Shown in pieces: positions 36,105-47,563 of a stretch of 64,000 bases of DNA. The position numbers were made by a program, and so were the translations under genes. Positions within the stretch are counted from its first letter, which is position 1, and every line of letters begins with the position of its first letter. The notes beneath the pieces were generated by a model. The model did no database searches. It was not told where the DNA came from and saw only the letters and a list, made by a program, of their open reading frames with translations. Source of the stretch: an uncultured virus (IMG/VR IMGVR_UViG_3300021559_000316) (taxonomy: Duplodnaviria; Heunggongvirae; Uroviricota; Caudoviricetes); IMG/VR virus record IMGVR_UViG_3300021559_000316, one strand, 5' to 3'.

Positions 36105-36608
36105 ATGGGCGCGCATCTCATCGACGGCCAATTCCAGAGCGACAAGTACCCCACCTGCCCACCGGGTAAGGTCCCGCTGTCGGTCGAAGATCCGACCGCC
36201 CAGGATTTACTCTGGACATACGCCCAGCGCCGGCGCACGATCGATGCCGAGTTCGCCGACGATCTCGAGACTGCGCTCCGCGCCGCCGGCTATACGCCGA
36301 ACCCGCAGCACGCGCTGACCGAAGCGGAGGCGTCGCTCGTGATCTTGGCGATTGGCGTCGCACTCGAGCCCGAGCGGCGCCTGCCACCCGAGGCCCGCGC
36401 CGCGTGCGACGCCCTGTACGCACGGCTCGTGGCGGAATCGATGGGACGGCGCGGCCCAATCTGGCCGGCGCTCGCGCCTGCCCACGTGGCGGCCGTGATC
36501 GCCGCGATCGACTGCGCGCTCGATCCTGACGGTCCGCATCGCGCCGATCAAGAGCTGGCCGATCGATGGAAGCTAATCCGCCAGTGGCTGCGGATGGTGG
36601 CGTCGTGA
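36105..36608 (+). CDS. hypothetical phage protein
   Basis: SD GGAGGAG; DPTAQDLLWTYA...DAEFADDL. Confidence 0.7.
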   Translation: MGAHLIDGQFQSDKYPTCPPGKVPLSVEDPTAQDLLWTYAQRRRTIDAEFADDLETALRAAGYTPNPQHALTEAEASLVILAIGVALEPERRLPPEARAACDALYARLVAESMGRRGPIWPALAPAHVAAVIAAIDCALDPDGPHRADQELADRWKLIRQWLRMVAS

Positions 36609-37169
36609 AACCGCTCAGCGACAGCGATCTCGACGAGCTCGAGAAGATGGGACCCCCGTCGTCGAAGATCGTGCGCGCGATCATCGAGCTGCGCGCGCTG
36701 CGTAAGGTCATGGCGGGGCGCGACGCGCTGATGATCGAGCACATCAACAACCACGTGTTCGTCGTGAACGTACTGACGACGAACTCGGACTGCTGGCTCT
36801 GCGGCCTGGAAGAGGACAACCCCGTCCACGAAGTGGGCCCATAGATGACGAGGATCGATCCGACGATCATGAACCTCTTCTGGCTCCGCATCGCGAAGCA
36901 CGCGCGGGAAATCGGGATCGACGACGCCTCGTGGAAGGACGCTGACGATCCCTGCGACGCGATCGCCAGGGCGGTGCTCGACAAGATGGATCGCCGATGC
37001 CTCGCGTGTGACAACCCAGCCGACCAGATCTCGATCGCCGTCGCGTCGGGCGGACCGAGCGTCGTCTACATCCATTGCGGAAAGCACGCCATCGATCAGA
37101 TCGAAGCACTCATCGCCGAGCAACAGGGAGACGTGCAATGAGTGATGGACGTTACTGGAAGGAGCCCGC

Positions 37170-37694
37170 GTGACCATCACCCGCCGCCAGTGCCTCAACT
37201 GCCACCGCTTCATGATCCGCGATCGCGCCGCGGACGGCAGCGATCCGCAGGTCTGCGTCGAGTGTCGCGCGACTTCCGGCATGCTCTCCGCGTCGACCGC
37301 GCCGGGCATCCCGCTGCGCTGCGACGGCGACCACGTCGCACCGCAGTGCGAAGATCCGCAGTGCTGGCAGAAGGTACCCGAGAAGATCGACGCACCCGAC
37401 AGCCTCGAAGGAAAGGACATGCCGGTGACCCGACACTGCGACGACTACATCGACGATCCGTCGACGCCCGATCCGCTGCGGAAGTACCTCGCGAGAGCGC
37501 GGATGCCGGGACACGGCATGCTCGTGGCGGATGAGTACCCGAGGCTGTTCGCGAACCACAAGGGCAAGCGCGTGCGCGTCGTCATGGCGAGCCGGTTCGG
37601 CGACGTCGGCATCACGTCCAAGCTAAAAAATGAGCTCGGCTACGAAACCCGCGTGACGATCGATCAGCTCGACGCCTTCTCGGAGACGCCGTGA
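37170..37694 (+). CDS. phage protein with Cys-rich N-terminus and MASRFGDVGIT motif
   Basis: SD AAGGAG; VVMASRFGDVGIT; may start later at MPVTRHC. Confidence 0.65.
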   Translation: MTITRRQCLNCHRFMIRDRAADGSDPQVCVECRATSGMLSASTAPGIPLRCDGDHVAPQCEDPQCWQKVPEKIDAPDSLEGKDMPVTRHCDDYIDDPSTPDPLRKYLARARMPGHGMLVADEYPRLFANHKGKRVRVVMASRFGDVGITSKLKNELGYETRVTIDQLDAFSETP

Positions 37695-39434
37695 GTCGCA
37701 ATTATAGGAGCCCCCGCGAGCGAATCCGCGAACGGGCCGTCACCAACGTCGACGCGCGCCACGGCTACACGATGGAATTCGCGCCATCACCAGCCGTGCA
37801 TCGCGCCGAATACGCCGAGGAGGAGGCGCGGATCACCTCGCAGATCGGTGACGATCCCGGCCTCGCGATCTGCGAGCACGACCCCCGCGACCACTACCTT
37901 GGTGGTGGAATCAAGATCTGCTTCGCATGCTGGGCGAAACTGATCGTCGGAGGACTATGAGCGAGCATCAAGTGAAGACAGCCCGCGTTGATCAGGAGGC
38001 GATGGCTCGCCTGTGCGCGATCCTCGCGAGCGATCGGGCACGCGGTGCAGCGTCCGTGATCGATCTACCGCTTCCCGGCACGCCCGAGTGCGACGCGATC
38101 TTCCTCGCCGCGTGGGCCGCGTTCCGGCACGTGACGGCGCAGTTCGGATGGAAGCTCATGACCGACGGCGGGATCCGCGTGCGCAATAGCGATCCGCTCG
38201 AGGCGTTCGTGCACGGCAAGGCGATCCCGGCGCACGTACGGTGGGCGGAGACCGAGGCGATGATCCGGGCCGGGGAGTGGGCGCCGTGACGTCGAATAAG
38301 CTGCAAGAGCTCGCCGAGTCCGCGATCGACGCCGCGACAGCCGACGACCTGCGCGGCGCCTATCGCGCGCTGCGCAATCACTACATCAAGGAGATGGCGA
38401 AGCTCTGCGACAAGCTGGAGACGCTCCACGACATCAACGCGAAGCTCGTCGACGTCAACGATCGGATCGTCGCGTCGCAAGACGAGGCGCAGATCGCGAT
38501 GGCCGACACGATCGACACCGCCGTCAACGCGATCCGCGATCATCCCGAGGACGGGATCATGCTATTCGCGCTGCTCGATCGGCTCGCCGCGTTGTCCAAG
38601 GAGCTGCGGTTGCGCGCCGAAGATCGGCTCGGGAAGCCGAGACTGTCATGACACTCCGCGCGCGCTGGGCCGGATCGCCACCGCGGATCGGCGATTACTT
38701 GATGAGCGCGGTCCGCCCGCGCTACGCGTATCAGGTACGTGAGGTGATCCACCGTGATCGGCGCGTCACCTGGGATCCGGTGACGAAGGCCGAGCAGCAC
38801 CGGCTCGAGCTCGCCGTAGATCGCCTCGCCGCCGGCGACGTGCCGCGAAATGCGCGTGTGCACGCGTGGAAGTGGGACAAGCGCGGATGACCGAGTCGAA
38901 AACCCGCGATCGTGCTGCCGACAAGGCGGAGTTCGAGCGACGGACCGGCCTCGACCACGACGAGCTCGAGGCACGCATCCGCCAAATGAAGTGGAAGGAC
39001 GTCGTCAAGCTCCTCAAGGAAGCCGTCGTGAAGGAGCCGCCGCGCGAGATGCCCCAGGCCGTCCTCGACTGGTTCGATCTCAATCGCAAGACGATCGACG
39101 AGGCCGTCCTCGAGAAAGCCAGGGGCGTCGTCACGCGGCTCGAGCAGTACGCGGCGACCACGAAGATCGATCTCGGTGAGGCCGCCGAGCGCGCGCCGAT
39201 CGGCGTCTGGTGGATCGGGATCTCGCACTATCTCCGCGACGGCAAGCGCTGGTGGCTCCTGCGAGCGTTCCGCGACGACGGCGCAGATGCGCAGGCTGGA
39301 TCGACGAAGGACGACCTCTATCGGTTGCGGAAGATCGTCGATTACGCTGGAGGGAACGCGAAGAAGCTGCTCATCGACGCGGGCGACACGTTGATCTGGA
39401 CGTGGCGGGTGTGATGAAGAGAAAAGCGCCGTTT

Positions 39435-39692
39435 TCACCGCGACCGACGATTTCCAGCCATTGCTGCACGGCGCGAGACGCGTGGCGGTGGAAGCCGTGC
39501 TGAAGGATGTGAAGATGTACGTGGGGGCGCCGGGTAAGCGCTAGCGCATTTGAACAGCGCGGCGCGCGCTTCGGCATAGGAGAGTCCTTCGGATTCGACT
39601 ACCAGCAAGATGCGAAGCGCGAATTTGACGATCGCCGGCGTTTCGAGCGCGGCGATCACGTCAAGCTCACGATTGAATTCAGCGCGCGTCAT
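39435..39692 (-). CDS. small protein coupled to integrase 2 (possible HTH or directionality factor)
   Basis: ATGA overlap with the integrase stop; ESEGLSYAEARAAL. Confidence 0.5.
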   Translation of the reverse strand: MTRAEFNRELDVIAALETPAIVKFALRILLVVESEGLSYAEARAALFKCASAYPAPPRTSSHPSARLPPPRVSRRAAMAGNRRSR

Positions 39693-40657
39693 TCTTTCAC
39701 GTCCTCCGGCTCGGGCATCTGCTCAAACGCCTCCTTCCCGCGCCACGCCGTTCGATCGTAGCTCCGCGTCGTCTCGGGATCCGCGTGCCCAGCGGCCTCT
39801 TGCTTGGCCTCGAGCCCGGCCGGGTTGTACGTCAAGAACGCGACGCGCAGCATGTGCGGCGAAATCCGATCGCGGATGCCGGCCAAGCGAGCTCGTCGCG
39901 CGAGCGCATTCCACACACCGCTCGGCGTGAGGGGTCGCTTCTTGCCGAGCCAAAGCGGCCCCGTGCGAATGCCGGACTTCGCGAGAACGGCGAGCCACGC
40001 GGCGAGCGCCGCGCCGGCTTGACCGCGAATCTGGACGCGGACGCGCTTATCTCGCTTGGCGGCGAGCACGATCTCAAACACCGGGAAGCCGCCCTCGGGA
40101 GCGCGGTGCTCGAGCTGCTCGATGCGCATCGCCGCGATCGAAGATCGCCGCGCGCCGGTGCGCCAGAGCACGCGCAAGAGCGCCCGGTCGCGGATACCGA
40201 TCGGGTCAGATCCGCACCCCTTCAAGAGCGCCGTCACCAGATCGGGGCGCGCCACCGGCGTCGGCGCGATCGGGTGGACGCGCTCGCGCTTGGGTCCGCC
40301 ATCCACCGCGAATGGATTCTCGACGCGCACGATCGGCGGGTGCTCGTTACCGGCGTCATCGTGAATCTCGCGGCGGAGCTCACGGTAGATCGAACATAGG
40401 GCCGAGATCCGGCGACCGCGCGTCTTGGGCGCGACGGCCTCCTCGATCATCGTCTCCATCCACGCAGCGACGTCGTGCCGGCGCGCGATCGACGGATCGA
40501 CGCCGCGGCCGCGGCAGAACGCGATCCAGCGCGCGGCATCACGTGAGTAGGCATCGACCGTGTGCTTGTTGCGCGTGACCTGCCGGATCGCGAGGCGTAC
40601 GAACGCGTCGAACGAGGCGTAGTCGACGGCGGTGGTGAGCTCGCGGCCGCGCTTCAT
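39689..40657 (-). CDS. tyrosine recombinase/integrase 2
   Basis: HTVDAYSRDA, RDRALL...TGARRSS, KRDK, HMLR, GHADPETTRSY. Confidence 0.93.
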   Translation of the reverse strand: MKRGRELTTAVDYASFDAFVRLAIRQVTRNKHTVDAYSRDAARWIAFCRGRGVDPSIARRHDVAAWMETMIEEAVAPKTRGRRISALCSIYRELRREIHDDAGNEHPPIVRVENPFAVDGGPKRERVHPIAPTPVARPDLVTALLKGCGSDPIGIRDRALLRVLWRTGARRSSIAAMRIEQLEHRAPEGGFPVFEIVLAAKRDKRVRVQIRGQAGAALAAWLAVLAKSGIRTGPLWLGKKRPLTPSGVWNALARRARLAGIRDRISPHMLRVAFLTYNPAGLEAKQEAAGHADPETTRSYDRTAWRGKEAFEQMPEPEDVKE

Positions 40658-40782
40658 TGGCCCCACGATGCCGCGGCGCCGCCGGCAGCCGCAATAGGCA
40701 TAATGGGAATTATGACAACAGCCGGCGACGCGATTTTCGGCGCTTGCGTTGTAGCTACAGCCGTGCTAACCAAACGTAGGAC

Positions 40783-41031
40783 ATGAATCGACGATTTCCA
40801 CCACGGTCGCCGAAGCCCCCTTCGCCTGCCCCATCCAACTCGAGCACGCGAGCAACCATGCGCGTCGCTTCGACGCGCGACGTAGTCGCGCGCGTACGCT
40901 TGCGTGATCGCGAACTCGCCGAGTGGAAGACGCTCGCGGCGCGCGCCGACGTGACGCTCAGCGAGTGGATTCGTGCGGTAGTCGACGCGCACATCCGCAA
41001 CGGGAACGAGAGCAAGGCGATCGCGTCGTGA
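40783..41031 (+). CDS. RHH/MobC-like regulator divergent from integrase 2
   Basis: VARVRLRDRELAEWKTLAARADVTLSEWIRAVV; true start may be 40858. Confidence 0.65.
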   Translation: MNRRFPPRSPKPPSPAPSNSSTRATMRVASTRDVVARVRLRDRELAEWKTLAARADVTLSEWIRAVVDAHIRNGNESKAIAS

Positions 41032-41418
41032 ACCGGGGTTGCGGGGGGACGGTGGGTATCTCAGCACCCGGATACGCGCCGGCGCACCGTGAACACGCGA
41101 CAACACATCCGCGGGTTCGCCAACGAGCCCTTGCACCGACGGCCGGCTGGCACGTAGTGCGCAGTAGTGCCCGAGTATGACCGCCAAGCCCAAGTCGAAG
41201 CGCCTTCCGCGCGGCTTCCGCCGCGGACACGACGACTCCCTCGCGTGTTCGCACCGCGACATCTCGTGCTGTGACGCGTGCGCGAAGGCGCACGAGGAGA
41301 TCGTCGACGTCTACGGCAACCACTACTGGATCCCCGATCCGGTCGAGCGCGCCGCGCTGGTCGCCGACATGAAGGACGACGACGTCAGCCCCGCAGGCGA
41401 CAACAAGGAGATCCTGTC

Positions 41419-42060
41419 GTGACCGAGCCCGAGATCAAGCGCTGCCCCGTCTGCGACGTCCCCGTGCCAGCCGGCAAGAGCGACGACTACGGCCGCTGCG
41501 CCAACTGCGCGGCGTCGATGCACGTCATCGTCGACGGCAAGCGCATCGAGGTCACTGCGATCGAAATGCGCGACGGTGAGAAGCGCGATTCAGCGACGAT
41601 CTCGCCCAAGACGCGCGAGCGGATCATGCGCGGCATCCGCACGTACCTCCGCGAGACAGGCAACGAGATCGTCGAGCCGATCGCCGTGGGGTTGTCGACG
41701 CGTCAACTCGCCGCCGCACAGGGGTTCGATCCGAACCGGCTCACACGCGCGATGTCGCGGCTCCGCTGCTCGCCGGGCTACGAGGTATGCGCCGCGTGCA
41801 CTGGAACTGGAAAGGATCCCAAGCACCGGTTTTGCGAGGTCTGCGGCGGTAACGGCGAAGTGGTTGCGGAGAAGCGCCAGGCGATCCCGCTCACGCAGCC
41901 GTGCAACGAGTGCGGCGTCCTCGTCTCCTACGCCGACTGGAACACGCACGCGTGCCGCCCCGAAGATCGCGCGAAGTACACCTCGCAACTCGACGAGCGC
42001 CGAACGGCGCGCGAGGTTCGCGTCTCGAACGAAACTGTGTTCGACAAGGAGACGAAGTAG
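41419..42060 (+). CDS. multi-Zn-finger mosaic protein with Dcm-like fragments
   Basis: Several CxxC pairs; SPKTRERIMRGI and RQLAAAQGF resemble internal Dcm segments. Confidence 0.6.
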   Translation: MTEPEIKRCPVCDVPVPAGKSDDYGRCANCAASMHVIVDGKRIEVTAIEMRDGEKRDSATISPKTRERIMRGIRTYLRETGNEIVEPIAVGLSTRQLAAAQGFDPNRLTRAMSRLRCSPGYEVCAACTGTGKDPKHRFCEVCGGNGEVVAEKRQAIPLTQPCNECGVLVSYADWNTHACRPEDRAKYTSQLDERRTAREVRVSNETVFDKETK

Positions 42061-42062
42061 CC

Positions 42063-42737
42063 ATGGCCAAACGCAACCCGATCCTCCGCACCTGGCTCGA
42101 CGACTCCATCATCGTGGACAGCTTCGCCGGCGGCGGCGGAGCCAGCTCGGGCATCGAGCAGGCGCTCGATCGCTCCCCCGACGTCGCGATCAACCACGAC
42201 CCCGAGGCGATCGCGATGCATGCGATCAACCATCCGAGCACGAAACACTACATCGAGAACGTCTGGCAGGTCGATCCCGTCGCCGCGACGGCTGGCAAGA
42301 GTGTCGGCATCATGTGGTGCTCGCCCACGTGCAGTCACTACTCCAAGGCGAAGGGCACGGCGCTCGACGAGGAATCGATCAAGATCCGCGCGCTCGCCTG
42401 GATCATGGTGCGCTGGGCCGCCGCGGTGAAGCCGCGCGTGATCCTCGCCGAGAACGTCGAAGAGTGGGAGAAGTGGGGGCCGCTCCACCGCCGCCACACG
42501 GACGACTGCCCCGGCGTCGCGTGCGTTGAAGGCTGCACCTTCGGCAAGCGCCCCAAGAACCGCCGCACCGACATCAGCGGCCCGCAGTACCGGACGACCC
42601 GCGTGCTCAAGGATGAGGGAGGCCCGCCCACGGGTGCGCGCGGCGCCCCCGGTTTGCTGGGAGTCGCGTGGTTCGCGGTGCGCGATCACATCGATCGCGG
42701 TGTGCTGGTCGTGCTCGACGAGGAGGCAATATCGTGA
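42063..42737 (+). pseudogene. C5-cytosine methyltransferase (Dcm-type), N-terminal half only
   Basis: Motif I DSFAGGGG, INHD, IV SPTCSHYSKAKG, VI ENVEE; motifs VIII-X not found before the stop. Confidence 0.75.
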
Positions 42738-45700
42738 GTCACGCATCAAGACAAAGTCCAATCAGGTACCTGGCGATTACCACCGTCGATGGGGACAAGT
42801 TCACGATCCGCGTCACGCGCGAGACCGCGAAGGGCGTGAGCGGTATCGAAGTTGACAGAGATGGCGAGGAAATCGTTCCTGTCGGGTTCCACAATCGGAC
42901 ACGGATCATTACGCGTGACGCCATCAAGAGGGCCGTCGAGATGCGCATGAACACGATGTACGGCCGGATCGAGCGGGCCAAATGAACATGAGAGATTTGG
43001 ACTTGCTAGCGCGCGCCGCGTCCTATGGAACAGTCGATCTAGAGGATCTGGTGCCGCCCGCGAAGCGCACCGCGCGCCTTTCGCGAACACGTGTGGAGCG
43101 CAACCGTACTGCGTTTGCGCGCCTACGATCTCTCGAAATGCAGGGCTATCTTGCGGGCTCACCGCTCAACTCCCGTTTTGAGCCGACCGCAAAAGGATTC
43201 AACGCCCTCAAGTCTGCTGGCTTCTCGCCGAACAAGGTGGGCTACTGGCTTCGTCCTGACGCTGTACGCCCGGGATGGTCGCTGTGAAAGACTGGCTTCG
43301 TCCCGTGCCGGTGTTTCGCGCCCTAGCAATCACATTGATTGTGGGTTACGCAATCTTCATCGGCTTTCTGATTTGGCGAGCGACGTCGTGAAAATCAAAT
43401 GGGAGCCCTGGACAACTGAGCACACCCTCGGTCACCTCCCGACGCATGTACGTAAGGGACGTGCACAAGACGGCCGTCTCGTAGAGATCTACATGTCTCG
43501 TGGCGACGAGAGCCGCTGGTGTCGAACCTGGCACATCGGGATCCGCATCAACGGCGTGCTGATTCACCAGTCCGGGATGCACACCGCTGAAGATAAGCGG
43601 AGTGCAAAGTCAGATCTCGTTCACATGGCTTGCAGCTGGGCTGACGCTGAACTGGACCCGCGGAAAGGATCAGCGTTGTGAGTCAGGACCTCATGGACAT
43701 CCCGCTCGAAGATGTCAGGACCATCCACGCGATCGCAGAGGCGCTGATCGACGCGCTCGAAGAGCAGGTCACGTTCAGGGGCATCACCGAGGGCAACATC
43801 TGCATCGACGCGGCGATCAACTGCCTCTGCTACGCGATGAAGCAGAGCGAGCCACCGCTCGAAGACGAAGAGCTGCTTCGACGCATGAAGAAATACTTCG
43901 AGGCCATGAAGCTCCCTGGCGCACCGGGAACGCGATCGCCGTGACGTGAACGTGAACGTGGTAGCGAGTATCCGGGTAGCAGATCACCCACGCCTTCCCA
44001 CCACACCGAAGCGTCGTAGAAACACCGCACTACACGCGTCATACGTTGGTATGCCACGTGTATTACCTCCAGACATGACGAAGACCCAAGCCGCCGCCGT
44101 CCGCATGGTCGTGATCGCCATTTACGAGACCGTCGCCGCCACGGGCAACGCCGGCGCACCCGCCGGCGTCGTGTTCGCCGCCCTCCAGACGCAGGGCTGC
44201 AAGCTCTCCCAGTACCAGAGCCTCGAAACGAGCCTCCTCGACCTCGGCCTCATCACGAAGCAGGGCGACCTGCTCTTCGCCGTGCCGAGCCGCGCGCGCG
44301 AGCTGGGGTTCGTGTCGTGAGCCGCAAGTCTTCGAGCGGGGGTGGTGGGCAGGGGCAGGGTCCGAAGATCGATCCCCGCATCCAAGTCATCGGCCGCTGG
44401 CACGACGTCCACGTCGACGGCAACCGCCTCTTCGCGCCGCTCTTCGGCGGCATCTTCCTCGCCGCGTACCTCGAAGGCGATCGCTTCGTCTTCACCGGCG
44501 GCCGCTGGGGCGAGCACAGCCTCGCCGCCGACGCCTCGATCACGAGTGCCGATCGGCTGCTCGCCCACTGGCGCGGCTTCGTCCAGAACCACATGGGGAT
44601 CGCTTCGTGAAGAAGCCACGGATCGTCTACGCCGAGCGCGGCCTCGTCACGGCGTTCGTGGGAACACCGCTGGAAGGCCGCGCGAAGATCGGCTACATCC
44701 GCGTGGGCGCACCGGCCGGCGCGCCAATGCTCACCAAGGATCAGGCGCGCTACGACGCCCGCCTGCGCGGCGCCGTCGCCGTGTTCAGGAGGATCCCATG
44801 ACTCCCCGCGCCCGCGATCACCTCGCGCGCCTCGGCGTGACCGTCGAGCTGGCCCTGCTCGTGTTCGCCGGCGCTGCGCTGCTCGGTTGGCTCGGAGTGC
44901 TGCCATGAGGGCCGTGTACATCAACGTCGAGCCACGCTACACGCCCGGATCGCCCGGAGCGATCCACGACGAGAAGCTCGCGCGTCGCATCGCGGGCCAA
45001 GAGCGCGACCACTACGAGCACGCGCTGACCGGCCTATACGGCGACGAGATGCGTGCGACCGCCGAGGCGCGTGGCCTTGATCTGATCGTATTCCTGATGA
45101 TCGAGCGCCCGCGCGGCTGGGCGGTCGAAGATTTCATCACCGGCAAGAAGACGTGGTGGCCGCACAAGGCGAAGTGCCGCCACTGCGGCAAGAGCAAGCC
45201 GGCCCGGCGCGGCGTCATCGAGCCGCACGATCGCGACGCCGGCGCTCGCCACGGCTGCCACGATCCACAGTCCGTCGCGCGAGAGATCACGCCGGAGTTC
45301 CAGCCATGACCCTCGATCCCAAGAGCATCAAGCGCGGCGCACTCGTCGAGATGCGCGACGACGATCGGGGCGAGTGGATCCCGCTCACGATCATCTCGAT
45401 CGTGTTCGACAACGTCGAGCTGCGGACGATCTCCAACCAACCGATCCACGCCAAGATGGCCGACGTCGCGATCCGCTGCCGGCCACGCCCGGCCGACGGA
45501 TCATGTCGCGACTGCGGCGACGAGGCACACGAGGGATCGTGCATCGATCGCTGCTGCTCCGAGTGCGGCCACGACGTCGCCTCACGCTGCTCGCTTCACC
45601 CACGCGCAGCGATCCACGTCTACCGCCGCGAGCGCTGGCTCGCCGAGCTGATCGAAGATCGCCCCTACCCGACGCAAGAGGACTCCGAGCCGCTGCGCCG

Positions 45701-46089
45701 GGATCTGCACGATCAGATCGCGACACTCCGCAACGCCGATCGGCCACGCGCCGGGCGCGTGATGATCACGGCGCTCCAGGCCACCGAGATCCAGTCGGCG
45801 CTCGAGAACGCCGCCGCGCTGATCGGCCGACTGCCGAAGAAGACGCGGTGGCCGTAATGCTGACCGCCCGCCAACTCACGGAGCCCATGTCATGACCCTT
45901 CCGAACGCCCTCTTGCAAGCCGCCCGCTCTCCCAGCGTCTACTCGACGCTCATGCTCGATCGCGACGGCGCCCAGCTCGTCTCTCAGCTGATCAACGCGG
46001 CGCAGGAGCTGCGCGCGACCGGTGACAACGACCGCAACCACGACAGCCTCTACCGTGCGCTCGCCGCGATCGAGGGGCACCGCGCGTGA
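42734..46089 (+). other. array of about 11 small hypothetical ORFs; 42.7-43.7 kb is more AT-rich
   Basis: Coupled ORFs 42734..42985, 42982..43287, 43678..43944, 44317..44610, 44607..44801, 44905..45309, 45306..45857, 45892..46089. Confidence 0.65.
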
Positions 46090-46145
46090 GTCGATTTCCT
46101 GCACGAAACGCGCGGCTCGCGCACATAGGGAAGTAGGAGGACACG

Positions 46146-46949
46146 ATGATCACCGATACCGTCCAGCGCTGGCAAGAGGGCCGCGAGTCGCGCCGCCCCG
46201 CCGGCGAGCTGATCCGCACCGCCGAGTACGACGTCGCGCCGATCTCCGGCGCAGCCGCGCGCGCCTTCGTCGAGGCCCACCACTACAGCGGGACGTGCTC
46301 GCCGACCGCGCACCCGTTCGGCCTCCACCACCGCGGCGAGCTCGTGGGCGCCGCCGTGTTCGGCCCACCGGCCTCCATGAACGCGCACCGCGCGGTGTTC
46401 CCGACGCTCGCGATCGGCCAGGCCGCCACGCTCGGCCGCCTGGTCTTGCTCGACGAGGTGCCGGGCAACGGCGAGAGCTGGTTCGTCGCCCGCTGCTTCG
46501 GCCAGCTCCGCGCAGACGGCATCATCGCGATCGAGAGCTGCGCCGATCCGCAGCCGCGCACGACGATCGACGGCCGCCGCGTGCACCGCGGCCACGTCGG
46601 CTGCGTATACCAGGCGCTGAATGGTCGCCACGTCGGCAAGACGCGCGAGGCGTCGCTCAACATCTTGCCGGACGGCACCGTGCTCTCGAACCGCGCGCAG
46701 GGGAAGATCGCCCGTCGCGAGCGCAACTCGGCCGGTCCCGCGAGCCAGCTCGTCCGCTTCGGCGCCGATCCGTTGCACGCGGAGGCGACCGCCGAGGAGG
46801 CCCTCGCGTGGCTGCGCCACTGGCGCGCGCAGATCACGCGGCCGATGCGACATCGCGGCAACTACCGCTACGTGTGGTCGCTCAACCGCCGCTACCGGAG
46901 CGAGCTGGAGCAGATGCCGAAGCTGCCGTACCCGAAGGTGGCCGCGTGA
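46146..46949 (+). CDS. mom: Mom-family (GNAT-fold) adenine modification enzyme
   Basis: FVEAHHYSG, LVGAAVFG, LGRLVLLDEVPGNGESWF, SCADP, GHVGCVYQALN; SD AGGAGG. Confidence 0.85.
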   Translation: MITDTVQRWQEGRESRRPAGELIRTAEYDVAPISGAAARAFVEAHHYSGTCSPTAHPFGLHHRGELVGAAVFGPPASMNAHRAVFPTLAIGQAATLGRLVLLDEVPGNGESWFVARCFGQLRADGIIAIESCADPQPRTTIDGRRVHRGHVGCVYQALNGRHVGKTREASLNILPDGTVLSNRAQGKIARRERNSAGPASQLVRFGADPLHAEATAEEALAWLRHWRAQITRPMRHRGNYRYVWSLNRRYRSELEQMPKLPYPKVAA

Positions 46950-46965
46950 CTCCCGCCGCGCACCG

Positions 46966-47157
46966 CTACGGCAGCAGCGCGGCCGGCTCGAGATCGAGCA
47001 CGCGGGCGACCTTCGTGACCCGCTGCGCGCGCGGTGCCGTCTTCCCCGCCTCCCACGACTCGACGCACTGCCGGGTCACGCCGAGCTTCTCGGCCAGATC
47101 GACGACCGACCAGCCGCGGTGAACGCGCGCGGCGCGAATCTTGTCTCCGATGGACAT
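46966..47157 (-). CDS. XRE/Cro-CI family HTH repressor
   Basis: IGDKIRAARVHRGWSVVDLAEKLGVTRQCVESWEAGKTAP. Confidence 0.9.
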   Translation of the reverse strand: MSIGDKIRAARVHRGWSVVDLAEKLGVTRQCVESWEAGKTAPRAQRVTKVARVLDLEPAALLP

Positions 47158-47190
47158 CCCCTCACGCATAGCACGAGACGCGACGACGGC

Positions 47191-47225
47191 GCAAGATTAG
47201 CTTGCAATGCGCAAGGCGCTCTTGC
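47191..47225. promoter_or_regulatory. tandem palindromic operators
   Basis: GCAAG-ATTAG-CTTGC (47191-47205) and GCAAG-GCGCT-CTTGC (47211-47225), between divergent genes. Confidence 0.75.
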
Positions 47226-47257
47226 TACAAGGAGCAGACGATGACAGAGGCAGATCG

Positions 47258-47563
47258 ATGAGTAAGACGTACCGCGAGGGAGACGTCGTCCGCGTGATCG
47301 CCGGCGAGCACGCCGGTCGGCGCCCCGTGAAGCCCCGCGACATCCCGTGCCAGCACTGCAAAGCGTCTGCCGGCGCTCCCTGCTCGGGTCCGAGCCCGGG
47401 CGCCGGTGTCCCAGGTGCGCGACAGGGACTGACCTTCTATCACGCCGATCGGGTCGACGCGGCGTTCGAGCAACTAACGAGCCTGACGCGCGACGCGCTC
47501 GATCGCATTACCGGTCTCTTCCAAGAGGCGCTTAGCCGTTTCCAAGAGGATCCCAACGCATGA
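47258..47563 (+). CDS. KOW-like plus phage Zn-finger protein
   Basis: GDVVRVIAGEHAG; CQHCKASAGAPC...HADR. Confidence 0.65.
   Translation: MSKTYREGDVVRVIAGEHAGRRPVKPRDIPCQHCKASAGAPCSGPSPGAGVPGARQGLTFYHADRVDAAFEQLTSLTRDALDRITGLFQEALSRFQEDPNA

Larger units (their letters stand above)
26081..39414 (+). other. array of roughly 35-40 translationally coupled small ORFs, mostly hypothetical (phage early/accessory region)
   Basis: Repeated ATGA/GTGA overlaps, e.g. 26353, 26730, 27836, 28613, 29506, 30242, 32117, 35793, 37691, 38648. Confidence 0.8.
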
